A DNA stretch of 64,000 nt from the human T2T-CHM13v2.0 reference genome, Homo sapiens. The position numbers and the translations under genes are program-made. Where the stretch lies: the NCBI RefSeq assembly GCF_009914755.1, contig NC_060940.1; one strand, given 5' to 3'. Of the stretch, positions 28,568 through 42,103 are shown in pieces (the first letter of the stretch is position 1; every line of letters starts with the position of its first letter). The notes under the pieces were generated by a model, which saw only the letters and a list, made by a program, of their open reading frames with translations, made no database searches and was not told the DNA's origin.

Positions 28568-29750
28568 GTGAGTCCTCTGTGAATCGGGAATGCCCGCTCC
28601 CTGTGTCTGCCCAGAAGGCTGCACTTGTCCTGGGCCGCTCGCGGGAAGAGGTCACCCAGCAGGGAGATGTTCTGTGCCAACGTGTGCGGGGCCCCAAGGA
28701 GACAGAGGGAGGGGCAGGCGTGTGGGCCATGGTGGGGTTGGTTGGCTGAGGGCATGGGGTGCCCATGTGGGCAAATCCCTGGGACCTCCTGAGGAGGGTG
28801 GATTGGGACTTTGCTGAGAGGCTCAGAAGGGGTCAAGGGTGCAGTGGGCAGCTCAAGCCTCCCTTTTCCGGGGGGTCCAGAGTCGCCAGAGGACCCGTAG
28901 CCCCTTGCAGCAGCAGCAGGGGCAGATGGACAGACTTTGTGGGAAGGGCCCTGCAGACACCGCCTCTCCCATCCCAGAGGTGCCTGTGAGGCAGAGGAGG
29001 AGAGGAGGCCTGCTGAGAACAAACCCTGGGTCCCCCACCTCCGAGACTGATGCGCCGGGCAGAGGCCGCCTTCCTGCCTCCTTGCTGGGGCATCTTCCCC
29101 TTCCTGCTGACCTGCGTGGCCATGAGACCCCAGGCTGGGCTGACCAGAGCCCTGGAACAAGCTCACAGAAAGCGCTTCTCCACTTCCCAGGGAGCCTCCT
29201 GCCCACACCAGCCTCCCTGTGGCAGGCCCAGTGTCCACACCACGTGTACTCATGGAGCTCGGCCCCTGGGAGACTTACTCCCCACCCCCCAGGACCTGCT
29301 CCTGGCACCAAGCTGGCCACAGGGGCCACGTCCTCTGCATGTGGCAGGCCTCAGGGACGGCCCTGCCCACAAGGTCACTCTGCTCCTGGGTCCTCAGGCC
29401 CCTTTGCTTCCAGGAGGAGCTTGTCCTTCCTCCTCCCACACCGAAACCCACAGAGAGGAGCGGACGCCCCGTGGCTCCTGCCCTGCCCTAGGCTGGCCAC
29501 CCCTCATGCAGCTCAACTCCCACGTATTCCTGGGGCCGGGGCAGGCCAGCCCTGATGCCCACCTTCCTCTCTCCCATGGCCCCCTTTGAGGTGAGCCAGC
29601 CCTGTCTCCAAGCCTGGGGTGCTGTAGAGATGCCTCCTCCTGTCTGCTGGCTCCAGGACTGTCCCCTGCTCTGCCCCCACCCCAGCCTCCCCACCTGTGC
29701 ATGTTCACAGAGCCATGGCATCTTCCAATACCTGCTGAGCTCAGCCCTGG

Positions 29751-29826
29751 CCCCTCATCCCAGCCCCATCTTCCTCCCACATCCTCCTCCCCCCTCATCC
29801 CAGCCCCATCTTCCTCCCACATCCCC
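29751..29826. repeat. 40-bp tandem duplication
   Basis: cccctcatcccagccccatcttcctcccacatcc at 29751 and 29791. Confidence 0.9.
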
Positions 29827-31415
29827 CTCCCCAGCACCACCGCCTGACCCCTGCATGGCCAGAGGAGACACACCTTTGTCCGGCCTCCCAGCCCAGCCAC
29901 ACCTCAAGCTCAGCACAGGTCCCCGCTCCCCCGAGCCCCTCCCAGTCCAGTCCTGCTCGTCCCACACCTGCTGGGCTTTGGCGCAACCCTAGGCTGCCTG
30001 GCCACACGGCCCCCCGCCTCGCACCCTCGCGCCAGGCACAGGCGGTACTGCTCAGATGCTCACTGCGCTGCTTTCCAGTGGGTCTGGGGGCTCCTGAGGG
30101 TGACCGTGGCCTCTCCCCCATGTCCTTCCTGTCCTCATCCAGGGAGCGGGCACACAGGGCTGACTGCGGTTCTGTGCTCAGCAAGGGAGACGCCCATTTT
30201 CTTCGAGGATTTCCTCTGGCGCTGACCTACTAGATGCGTGGGTTCAAGGGACGGGGGCAGGGCAGAGGAGTTCAGGTTTCGGCAGCTGCCACTCCGCCCT
30301 CGTCCTGTCAGGGACACCTCAGGCCAAGGCGCTGTCTGGATTTTAGCCAGCAATGGGGAGTCCCGCTCTGCCCTGGCCGCCGCCCACTGTCTCGTGTGAG
30401 TGAGTCACCGGCTGCTTCAGCTCCCTCCTCCTCCAGGGGTGACTTCACCCGGTCGGCTCTCACTGACCAAGAAAGGGATCCAAGAAATCAGGGGTGTGGA
30501 GGCAGGAGGCCAGGGGCCTTCCTGGGACCCCTCAGGAGGTTCCCCTAGCACCACTCGCAGGCAGAACAGCCCAGCCTCACCCCGAGGGCTGCGGGAGGTG
30601 CTGCTAGAAAATCACTTGGGGCTTCCTTTTGGCCTCCCAGTGAGTCATGAGGGCTGCGGCACAGAGGGGCAGGGGGACATCCAGGAGGGCTGGGTGCTCC
30701 TGCTGCTGTCCTGGGAGGGGGCACGGCAGTATCCGGCGGGGCCGGGTGCGTCCAGTAAAGGAGTGCGTGCAGCGTGTGGCATCTGAGCAAAGCCAGAGCC
30801 ACACCGTGTGGCTGGGGACCGCAAACACCTCACTCAGCTCCCCTCAGCCTCAATGTTCCCGTCTGTGAAGTGGGGCACAGGAAACCCGCCCGTCCTGGGT
30901 CACAGGGTGCTGCAGGAGCAGACGGGAGTGGGTTGTGCCCTGCGAAACTCTGCACCTCGGGAGGCGGCGCGTCTCTCTCGCAGCCTCACTGGGGTGTGTG
31001 TGGCCCAACCAGGGGATCCCCGCTGGCTTCTCCACTCCCTTGGCTGCCTCCAGGCTCAGCAGAGGTGGTTTCTGTCCTTTGGTTTAGGTGAAGGTGGTTG
31101 GCTCAGCGGAGACCATCTTTCTCTGGTAAATGGGGACAGAGGCCCAGAGGGGGTGGGATTGGCCCAAATTTGCACATGACGGGCCCTGACTGCCCGGCCA
31201 GCTCCCCACCCCCAACAAGCTTGAGCTGCCACCCCTAAGTGCCAGGCTTCCTGGAGGGCCCCTGCCCAGGCAGCAGGCCTGAGTTCCGTGGGGATGGTGG
31301 CCTGTGCCCTCCGACAGACACGGGGTTGGCCACTACTGAGGGTCAGCAGCGTGTGAGGCTGGCTGGCCACTGTGAGGCTCAGGAGGGCAGGGGGCCCAGC
31401 CCTCCATGGAATGCA

Positions 31416-31545
31416 GGGCCACTGGGAGGCCGGGTTCACGCTGCAGGGACAGCACCACTGGAGCTATGGGGGGACTTGGGGCCACTGGGAGGCCAGGTCC
31501 ACGCTGACCACAGGGATGGCACTGCTGGAGCTACAGGGAGGTTGC
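31416..31545. repeat. Imperfect ~63-bp tandem duplication
   Basis: gggccactgggaggcc...cacgctg...ctggagcta twice. Confidence 0.75.
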
Positions 31546-31678
31546 TGGGGCCGCTCCGGCTGAGCTTCCAGGTGTCAGGCCCCAGGCTCCAGGAGACAGT
31601 ACGGCCTGTCGTGCACACGAAGGAACCAGGAGCAGGGAAGGTCACTCGTGTCCTCGGGGTCTCACGGTTGCTGGGGTA

Positions 31679-32127
31679 TGTTCAAGTCAAAATAAAAATG
31701 TAGAGGTGAATTTCCAAGTTTAACGTTTTATTTGGGAAGAAAGGATTGCATCTTGGGGCATACGTGCCGACCAGGTAAATGGTGGAGGTTGGAGAAGCAG
31801 TAGAAGGTTGGTGGTTTTACAAGAAAGGAGAAGGTTACCTATTGCTCTTTGAGAAAGTTCACTGGCGCTGGGAAAGTTCTGAGGACCTGGGACGTGCTGG
31901 TCGGTGTGACAGCTGTGAGCAGAATTCCTTCTGGAGTTGGAGCAAGTGACCTCAGCAGCTGTGGATAAAACTGGTCCCAGGTGACAAAAGGCAGTTTCAG
32001 CAGCTGGACTTGCAGAGAGTTCCATTCTTGGAGCAGTGTCGTGCCCTGAGTACTTTTCCCCTGCCTTCCGAAGGCAGTTTTAGTTGGTGTGACAAGAATG
32101 ACACACTTTGTATGATCAGTGTTTATA
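31679..32127 (-). mobile_element. Solo LTR, LTR24-like (ERV1)
   Basis: tgttcaagtcaaaataaaaatgtagag...tgacaagaatgacacactttgtatgatca matches the reverse of recalled LTR24. 4-bp TSD-like ggta/ggtg. Confidence 0.7.
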
Positions 32128-33009
32128 GGTGTGAGCTTGGTGGCGGGGGCATCCTCTGCAAACTCATCCCAGCCATAACCAGGGGGGCCCTGGAGCAGCA
32201 GCCCCCGCCAAGTCCTCGGGAACTGGATTCCAGGCGCTCCGGGTGCCCGGCAAGAGGACCTGGGTGTCCGTGGGTCACGACTCTGGAGCTCACTCTATCT
32301 GCCTTCTCCCTGCGGCTCACACTGGCCGGCGGCACCCTCCATCGGCGCCCTCACTCTCTGCGTGTGGTCTGTCCGTGTCACTCATCTGCCCCTGTCACTT
32401 TGGCTTATTTATACCTTGCTGCCGAGGGCTTGCTCCTGACCGTGGCTGCCATGGAGCCCCGCCTCCACCCGTCACCACATCGATTCTTTCCCTGTGGCCC
32501 CGTTTAAGTGCCCCAGGGAGGAATCTGGCCCAGTGCCTTCTTGCCCAGCCTCACTTCGGTGCCAGTCGCGAAAGCCCAGGGATTGTCTGCCCGGGAGCCC
32601 GACGCACACCCCTGGACACAGAAGTGCTGTCCGTTCAGACGTGGTGAGGAGGGGTCCGGGGGCCAGCTCTGCTCATCTCATGCCCAGGGCTGGTCCACCA
32701 CGGACACAGAGCAGCACGTGGTCAGTGAGGCTGGAAATAAAGAGCCTACTTTTCCCGGCTGAGCTGAGTCCCTTTCGGTTCCAAATGGATTCTGTGTTCC
32801 TCCCTCTGGGGCAGGCTGGCCTGGCAGGCGGTCACCACACAGGGCCCCCAGGTGTGGAGTGGGTCCCTGGGGGATAAGGGCTGAGTGGAAATGGAGGGGA
32901 GGGTGCACCTGTTGGGGGATTGACTTACCCAAGTCCAGGAGGAGGCTGTACTGGAGGCACGGGGTCAGCAGGGACACCGTGGCTGTTTGCAGGTCGGGCT
33001 GTTTGGGAT

Positions 33010-33950
33010 AATGCAGCGATGAGTGTCCAGTAGGTTTCACTTCACTCACATAGATTCCTTGGGGTGGCACTGCCGGGTCCTGAGTAAGCCGACCTTTCAC
33101 CTTTTAACAGCACCAGCTGGCTTTCCAAAGCGGCTGAGCCATTTCCCATGCCCCCCGGCAGCAAGGGAACCGATTTCTCCACATTCTTACCGGCTCCTGC
33201 CATCCTCTGGGTTTTGATCAGGGTTATTCCAGCAGGTGTGCAGTGGGCTTCGATGCGCTTTTCCCCTCTTCATGGAGGTTGAGCTCCTTTGGATGTGTTT
33301 ATTTGCCATTGACATGTCGTCTTTGGTGAAATGTCTATTCAAGTCTTTTCCCTATATTTTAAATGTAAACTTTTTACTTTGGAAGAATTTTCTATTTCTG
33401 GGACAGTTGTGGCATGAGCCCTGCGTTCCCATGCCCCGTTGTCAGTCTCCCCCTCGCTGGTGTCTTAAGTCTCTGTGGTGCATTTGGCTACCCTGAGAAG
33501 ATGACGTTGGTCTGTACATCAACAACATTGACTGACTACAAACAAATGTCAGACTTGGTTCTGATTTCAGTCATTTTTTCACCAACATCTGTGTTCTGTC
33601 CCAGGACCCTGTGTGACACTCCATCCCCAGGGCCTCCTCTCAACTGAGACCGTTTCTCAGAATTTCCCTATTTTTGAGGACCTTGACAGTTTTGAAGAGG
33701 ACCGGCTGAGTATTTTGTGGACTGTCCCTCAATTTGAGTTCTCCTGGCGTTTTTCTCCTGGGTAGAGTGAGATCCTGGGTTTTCAGGAAGAACATGCAGG
33801 GGTCAAGTGCTTGGTGCCTCATATCCCCGCGGGGGTTGGCACCGCCAGCAGGACGTGTGGCTGTCGACACTGACCTGGGCCGCTGGGCTGAGGTCACGCT
33901 TGTCACACTTCTCTACTCTGTTCTTTGGAAGCAAGTCACTAAGCCCGGGC
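33010..33950 (-). mobile_element. Old L1M fragments
   Basis: ctttccaaagcggctg...ttctccacattc...tttggtgaaatgtctattcaagtctttt, followed by L1 3'-type sequence. Confidence 0.6.
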
Positions 33951-34374
33951 CACCATAACATTTTTTTTGAGGTAAGCCTGGGAGGGTGCCCCAGACACTC
34001 GCTTGAAGTACATCGAATGTTTTCTGTGTGGAAAACGTGCAGCCCGGCCCCCATGAGCTGTGGGACACCAGGCAGGTCACCTCCCCTCTGTGAGCCTCCC
34101 CTGAAGAGGGAGGGGATCCTTGGACACATAGAGCCCTGGGCCTGGGCAGTGACATCACATTTAGGCCCTTGGAAGGGCATGGAAGGTCACGGGCTGCCGG
34201 GAGGAGAGATGGTATTTCAGTTGACCTAGGAGGGTCTGGGCCATGCAGGGCCTGGGTGAGGGCTGGGTATGCTGGGTCCCTCTGCTCAGCCCTCCCCTTT
34301 CTCACAGCCCAGTCTTTCCATGAGGAGCAGGTGAAGGTGGGGCAGGCACGGCAGGCAGGAGCTGGGCTCCACAC

Positions 34375-34479
34375 CAGTGGAACTGGGTTTGAGTCTTTCC
34401 ACTTTCCACGGCCGGCTGGGGCAAGCTGCATAATTTCTCTGCGCCTTAGCTTCTTTCCCTGCAAAATAGGGATAAAAAC
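34375..34479 (+). mobile_element. MIR fragment
   Basis: ctgggtttgagtc...ggggcaag...tctctgcgccttagcttc...ctgcaaaatagggataa. Confidence 0.55.
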
Positions 34480-34612
34480 TGCACCCAGGCGGCCTGGCCT
34501 GTGACAGGTGGGTGCACCCAGGCGGCCGGGCCTATGACAGGTGGGTGCACCCGGACGGCCGGGCCTACAGCAGGTGGGTGCACCCTGGCGGCCGGGCCTG
34601 TGGCAGGTGGGT
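34480..34612. repeat. 33-bp minisatellite, 4 copies
   Basis: tgcaccc at 34480, 34513, 34546, 34579. Confidence 0.93.
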
Positions 34613-36196
34613 AGAACTGGTGTTTCCCACAGGAGATGAATATCACCCTGCAGCACATTCTTTTTCTTTTTCTTTTCTTTTTCCCAATCCTCATCTTTAT
34701 TTTTATCTTTTCTCAACATCTTACTATGTGACTTTCCAAACACACGGACCTCTTAAGACCCCTGCACACACTGTGGGCCCCGCCTCCACCTGGGCTGCCC
34801 AGCTTCCTCCCACCATGTCTGTGTGGCATCCTCCCACCCATCCTTACCGGGACGCTTGTTTAAATCACGTCTTCTGCACCTGCTTGTTGGTATTCTGCTC
34901 TCGGGAACTGCTGACCAATCCCCCCAGCACACATTTGCCGGTTTTTCTGTCACCAGGATGGCCCTGTGAGTTGTTACTCTATTCCATGAGTTACAACCTC
35001 AGTGGCTTCTGATGGCTCCTGAGGTGGTCAGGAGTGTCCCCACCTTTTCTGAGTGTGTCTGACTTCCCGGCGTAGATGCTCCAGGTGCACCCAGTCATTC
35101 TCCTGCCCACGCCCTGGACTCAGCCACTTCTCCATGGAACCCCGGCTCCTTTAGAGCAGAGTGTTTTCTAGAAACCACCATCCAGGATCTAGGTTCGCGT
35201 CCTGCATTTCTAGGTGGTTGTGACATCAGCACTGCCTCCTGTAGACGGGGCAAGCCATCATCAGCTGGAGACTGGCATTCGTTAGTAGCTTTTTTTTCTT
35301 GGAGGTAAATTGCGCCTGCAGTGAAATGCCAAATCTTCATGGACCAGAATTCTGGCATGCATCCTCCTGGATGACCCCAAGCCCATGTGGGTAGAGAGAG
35401 GGTCTGGCCAGGGCCCTGCTCCCCACCCTGGGCCCAGGGGACTCCAGCTCCTTGACCTTCGGCCTCCCAGCCCTGCCACCCATCCTTCCCAAGGACGTTG
35501 AGGGTGAAGGGGAGGAGATCTGGTTGGCTGCTCACAAACCAGCTGGGCCTTTCAGCACCGTGGGCTGATGGCTGTGTGTGCCCATGTGGCCGGCCAGCTC
35601 ACCAGGGTCCTGGATGCTCGCACCTGCTGCCTGGAGGGTATGGAAAATGGGGACAGCCAGAGGCTCAGGACAAGGCCGGACTCCACATGGCTGCTCAGGG
35701 CCTGCTTATCATGCAGACTCCCTGGGCATTTGTGTGCATGCTTCTGTGCCTGAGCTTCCCAGACAGTGACATTCCATCCGTCTGCAGCATACAAAACCAA
35801 AGGCTTTTACCATACTCGATGCTTCACAGACTGTGCCCAGATTCCAAGTATCCAAAGCAATCATGCTCACTCCACGGGAAGATTCTCCAGGCTGCTTTCC
35901 TCTGCTTCTTGTTTTTCTCTTGGCTTTTGCCTGCTTCTCATTCCTCCTCTCTGGGAAGGAAAAGCCCATCGCTGAACACTTCTGTGTGGTGTTCAAGGCT
36001 TTCTATGGAGGGCTAACCGCCAAGAACTTCTGGGCTTTGAGATCAGTGCCGTTGGCTTGAGCCTCCACCCATTTATTCTATCATTTATTCATTCATTCAT
36101 TCTTGTTTTCAGTTCAGGAACAGACAGTTCAGGTGTGGGTCCCCCCTCTCGGGGCTGGCATCCAGGCTGAGGATTCACGGCCGGTCCACATCCCAG

Positions 36197-36425
36197 CTCT
36201 GGAATCAGACAGGCCTGGGTTGGGATTCAGCTCAGTTGTTCACTGTGTGACTTGGAATGAGTCGCATTCCCTCTCTGAGCCTCAGGGGTCCTCCTCTATA
36301 AGAGGGGGATGGTAACAGAACCTGCCTTATAGGGTTGTTGAAAGGATTCAGTGAGATTCTGCACAGAATGTTCGAGCCCAGGCCTGGCTTCCGGGAGAGC
36401 GTGTTGACGTTAGTCACCGTCATCA
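36197..36425 (+). mobile_element. MIR
   Basis: ctggaatcagacaggcctgggtt...ctgtgtgacttgg...ctctgagcctcag...atagggttgttgaaaggatt. Confidence 0.75.
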
Positions 36426-37009
36426 TCTTTGTTGGTAATAACAGACCCTGCGGAAAAGCTATTGTGCAGAATTTGGACAAAGTACGTGGGAATGTGGCAA
36501 CATGTGCAGCTGCTCTTCCCCAGGGAGGGGGTTAGGGCCGGGGCCGGGGCCAGAGGCAGCTTCGCAGACTATGAGGGTGATTTGTGAGAAGGTGGCCTAG
36601 GCTAGAACAGCCCAGACAGAGGCATGAAGTGTGGGGAGCCGTGTGAGTTCACAGTGGGCGGACTGGCTTCCAGGGCTGGGCTGCAAAGGTCTCGAAGGCC
36701 TCAGTAGGACGGCATGTGTGGCACGTGGAAAGGAAGCCGCCTGATGACGCTGCTTGCTCCCAACAGGGTCTGAGACTAGAGCATCCAGGGGGCCAGGCCC
36801 CGACAGCAGGAATCCCCACGGAGCTCAGAGCAGAGCTGCATGCAGGAATCAACAAAGGGTCAGAGCGAAGGCGAGTCAGGGGAGCTGAGTCACCACAGCA
36901 GGCAGGTCCAATGGAGACTAAGTAGGAACTGACCATCAAGCACTCAACAGAGTTGGGAACAGACAGGGCTGGGGCACAGTGTCAGATTCTAGACATGGCA
37001 GGGCTCTCA

Positions 37010-38630
37010 GGGGTGGGTGGATGGATGGTGGGTGGTTGGGTAGATGGATGAATTGTGGATAAATGGGTGGGTGGATGGATATATGAATGAGTGAGTGGAT
37101 GGACAGATGGATGGATGGGTGTATGGCTAGATGAGTGGGTGGATGGATGAATTGTGGATAAATGGGTAGGTGAATGGATAGATGAGTGGTTGGGTAGTTG
37201 AATGGGTGGACAGACGGATGGATTTATGAGTGGGTGAATGAATGAACTGGGGATAAATAGGTGGGTAGATGGATAGATAAATGGGTGGATGGATGAATAG
37301 ATGAGTGGGTAGATGGATGAATTGTGGATAAATGGGTGGGTGGATGGATATATGAATGAGTGAGTGGATGGACAGATGGATGGATGGGTGTATGGCTAGA
37401 TGAGTGGGTGGATGGATGAATTGTGGATAAATGGGTAGGTGAATGGATAGATGAGTGGTTGGGTAGTTGAATGGGTGGACAGACGGATGGATTTATGAGT
37501 GGGTGAATGAATGAACTGGGGATAAATAGGTGGGTAGATGGATAGATAAATGGGTGGATGGATGAATAGATGAGTGGGTAGATGGATGAATTTTGGGTAA
37601 ATGGGTAGGTGGATGGATAGACGAGTGGGTGGGTAGATGGATGGGTGGGTGGATGAATTGCGGGTTGTTAGATGGATGGATAAATGGATGTGTGGATGAG
37701 TAGATGGATGAGAAGTAATGAATGGATATGTGGATAGACGAATGGGTGGGTGGATGGATGGGTGGGTGGGTGGGAGGATGGATGCATGCTGGGTGGTTAG
37801 ATGGGTGGATGAATGAGTGGGTTGATGTAGATGGATGGATGGGTGGGTAGGTGGATGGATGGTGACTGGATGGATGAATGGTGGATAAATGGTGTGGATG
37901 GTTGTATGCTGGGTGGTGAGATAGATGAATGAACAGGGGGGTGTATGGATAGATGAGTGGATAGATGAATGAACAGGTGGGTGTATGGAGAGATGAGTGG
38001 ATAGATGAATGAACAGGTGGGTGTATGGATGGACGAGTGGATAGATGAATGAACAGGTGGGTATATGGGTAGACGAGTGGACAGATGAATGAACGGGTGG
38101 GTGTATGGATAGACGAGTGGACGGATGGATGAACGGGTGGGTGTATGGATAGACGAGTGGACGGATGGATGAACGGGTGGGTGTGTGGATAGACGAGTGG
38201 ACAGGTGGATGAACGGGTGGGTGTGTGGATAGATGAGTGGGCAGATGGATGAACAGGTGGGTGTGTGGATAGACGAGTGGACGGATGGATGAATGGGTGG
38301 GTGTGTGGATAGACGAGTGGACGGGTGGATGAACGGGTGGGTGTGTGGATAGACGAGTGGACGGATGGATGAACGGGTGGGTGTGTGGATAGACGAGTGG
38401 ACGGATGGATGAACGGGTGGGTGTGTGGATAGACGAGTGGACGGATGGATGAATGGGTGGGTGTGTGGATAGACAAGTGGATAGATGGATGAACGGTGGA
38501 TAAATGGGTGGATGGATAGATAGACTGGTGGGTAGGTGGACAGGCAGGCACATGGCTGGATGAGTGAGTGGGTGGATGGATAGCTGGATAGATAGATAGA
38601 TGGATGGGTGAGTGAATGGATGCATGAATG
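37010..38630. repeat. (TGGA)n-derived complex repeat: 269-bp duplication plus a 40-bp minisatellite (~14 copies, ~37920-38500)
   Basis: atatgaatga at 37081 and 37350. Unit gtgtgtggatagacgagtggacggatggatgaacgggtgg has period 40. Confidence 0.95.
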
Positions 38631-38804
38631 AAGTTGCCAGTTGAAACCACTTGCTGCAATCCTGTGTGGTGTTATGCTAGGAAAAGAATGACCTTCAGAG
38701 GAAAACAGTCATGGTTCTGTCCCTCACAACCACATTACTCTGCAGTAGTTCCTCAATAATATCCATCCAACAAAGGATTTTTATATAGAACTTATTTTAC
38801 AAAG

Positions 38805-39864
<1,060 letters not shown>

Positions 39865-42103
39865 AGATAGAAATATAAGTCTCATAGACATGGTGTTGCA
39901 TGAAGTCACATGCTTCTGGTGTGACCGCACCAATAGAAGTTTCACAACAGATCAGCCCACCCTCTGCCTTCAGAAGACAGGCTGGTGTCCGGGCGGGACC
40001 CCCGGGGAGGGCAGGCCGTGTCCTGATTCTGGATCGGGCTCTGGTGACATGCGTGTGCTCTGTGTGAAAAGGCCGTGGGGGTGTGCTTGCTTGCTCATTT
40101 TTCTGTGTTTCTGTTATCCTTGGAAGAAGGTTTTAAAACTACAGAATTCAGTTCAATTCTGCTATTCAGTTATTAGAGTAAAGGACACTTCTTTCACCGT
40201 AGCTTCATGGAGGACTCGCCGTATTGCCTTAGCCCTCACTCATGGCCGTAGGATCCTGAGAACCTTCTCATGGACCTGACATGGTTCGCAGACGGACACT
40301 GGCAAACATTGCTTATGGGGCAGCACTGGCCCCCAGGCAACAGCCGAGCTGTTTTACAAACAGCGTATACACGCTTGGACACTCGCTCACACACATGCCA
40401 ACACTCTGATTTAAAAACTAAAAAGGAGCAAAGTTGCCTTAAAGACAGAGTGAGTGTGTGGGAGGGGGTTTCCGGGAAGCCTGGGTGTCCCCACCCCCAT
40501 GTCTGTGGGCTGGAGAGATAGGGCACAAATGCTCCCACGAGCTCTGCAACCTGGAAACGATTAATTAATTAGACAGTGGAGACGGGAGCCTGCCGCGCAT
40601 TTGGCCTCTGCAGGCAGCTGCTTTTTTATGTCTCGCTGACAGTCCGAACGATCCTACATAAAATGGGGAGGGGCCGGCGAGCACCTGGGGAGGCCGAACA
40701 GTGGATCCCAGCAAGCACAGCCACCATGCAAAGACCCCAGCCTCCGGTGCTCTGCACTTTTACATGTAAAACATCACCAGAGACAAGAAAACATGTCTTT
40801 GGAAGCTACCTGGGTTACTTGGAGTCATGGGTGCTGAGTTAGCTGGAGTTAGCTGGGGTGACGGGTGCTGAGGAAGGCACCAAGAATCCAGTGCTCCTGA
40901 GATCCCCTCAGAGCCACAGCTCCTGCCGCCACCCACCTTCCGGGGCGTTGATGGCGGGAGGGTGCCTGGAGTGGCTCGGGCCCTCACAGCATCCTTCCAC
41001 CTCTGTCATCACCCTGAGAGGGAGGCGCGGCTTTCTCCTCATGACTAGAGTGGGTACACTGAGGCACTGAAAGACCAGGCTGGTGTCCAGGCTGCTGGCT
41101 CTGAATCCCATGCAGCTTCTAAACCGGTGTTTGTCACGAGCCTGATTTCCTCCTTCCCCCAAACCCCAAAGCCTCCCAGGACCCTGGTTAGGGAAGGAAG
41201 TGTGGGGCTGGCAGCGTGGTCCTGACTCTTGTTGCGGCATGGCGGAGGGGATAAGACCCCCCCAGGAGGCGGGGCGCAGGGGAACAGGGGAAGGTGTCTC
41301 CCCAGCCCCTGGCTCACACAGCCCAAGTGAGACACAGAGTCCTGTAAGATGGAGACCAAGGGGCTGGAAAACACGGGAACAGGCCCATAAAGTGCAGAGT
41401 CCATCCTGGGAGGCCGTGGCAGCGACCCCGGCAGGACCACAGCGCTGCAGTCCTTCCCCCAGCATGATGCCGCCTGGCACCCTCCAACAGGCTCCACATG
41501 GGCCAGCAAGTGGACACCCCCTCTGGGGCACAGTGCAACGACCAAACAGAGTGATCCAGACTTAGATGCCATCCTGGGGGTGGGGGATGGGGTGAGAAAA
41601 TGAGGCCCCTGCACAGGAGTCAAGGCCACAGAAAGCTGGATGGGCAGGTCCTGGGATGGCCAGGCCCCTGTGCGTGTAAGCAAGTGTGCTAAAACCATCC
41701 AAGCACACTCGCTGGATATGGAGTGGGGGTGCAGCAAGCAGGGGGGATTGGGAGGAAAGTCAGTGCATTTCAGACAAGCGCCATCAAGCTGGCCCCTCTC
41801 CTCCACGGGGCCTGGCAACTGCCCACCCTGGGGGGCTGCACCCTACTGGTTTCCCCAGCACCCCCGCCGAGCACCTCAGCCTAAATGTCTGTGTGTGATT
41901 TGCAGAGTCCTCCGGAGGCTGAGAGCAAACGGCTGCACTAGGAACCCAGCAGTCAGACCGGCCCCCACCCTGGAGTGAACACATCGCCACTGCCAGGCAT
42001 CACAGGGGTAAGGAGCGGTTTTCTCTTCTCTTTAAAGCTTGATTTCGCGTCACGTCCTGCCTTTTTCCTTATGTTTATTGTCACGGGCTGTATCGCATGA
42101 AGA

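Noticed and set aside
28294-29589. Overlapping 319, 238 and 179 aa ORFs
   Set aside because: Low-complexity P/G/A/R composition, several frames open on both strands as expected in high-GC DNA, no recognisable domain.
37396-38659. 388-409 aa His/Pro/Ser/Ile-rich ORFs, and similar ones at 8609-9738, 11863-12897, 57145-57459
   Set aside because: Translations of (TCCA)n and (ACTC)n simple repeats.
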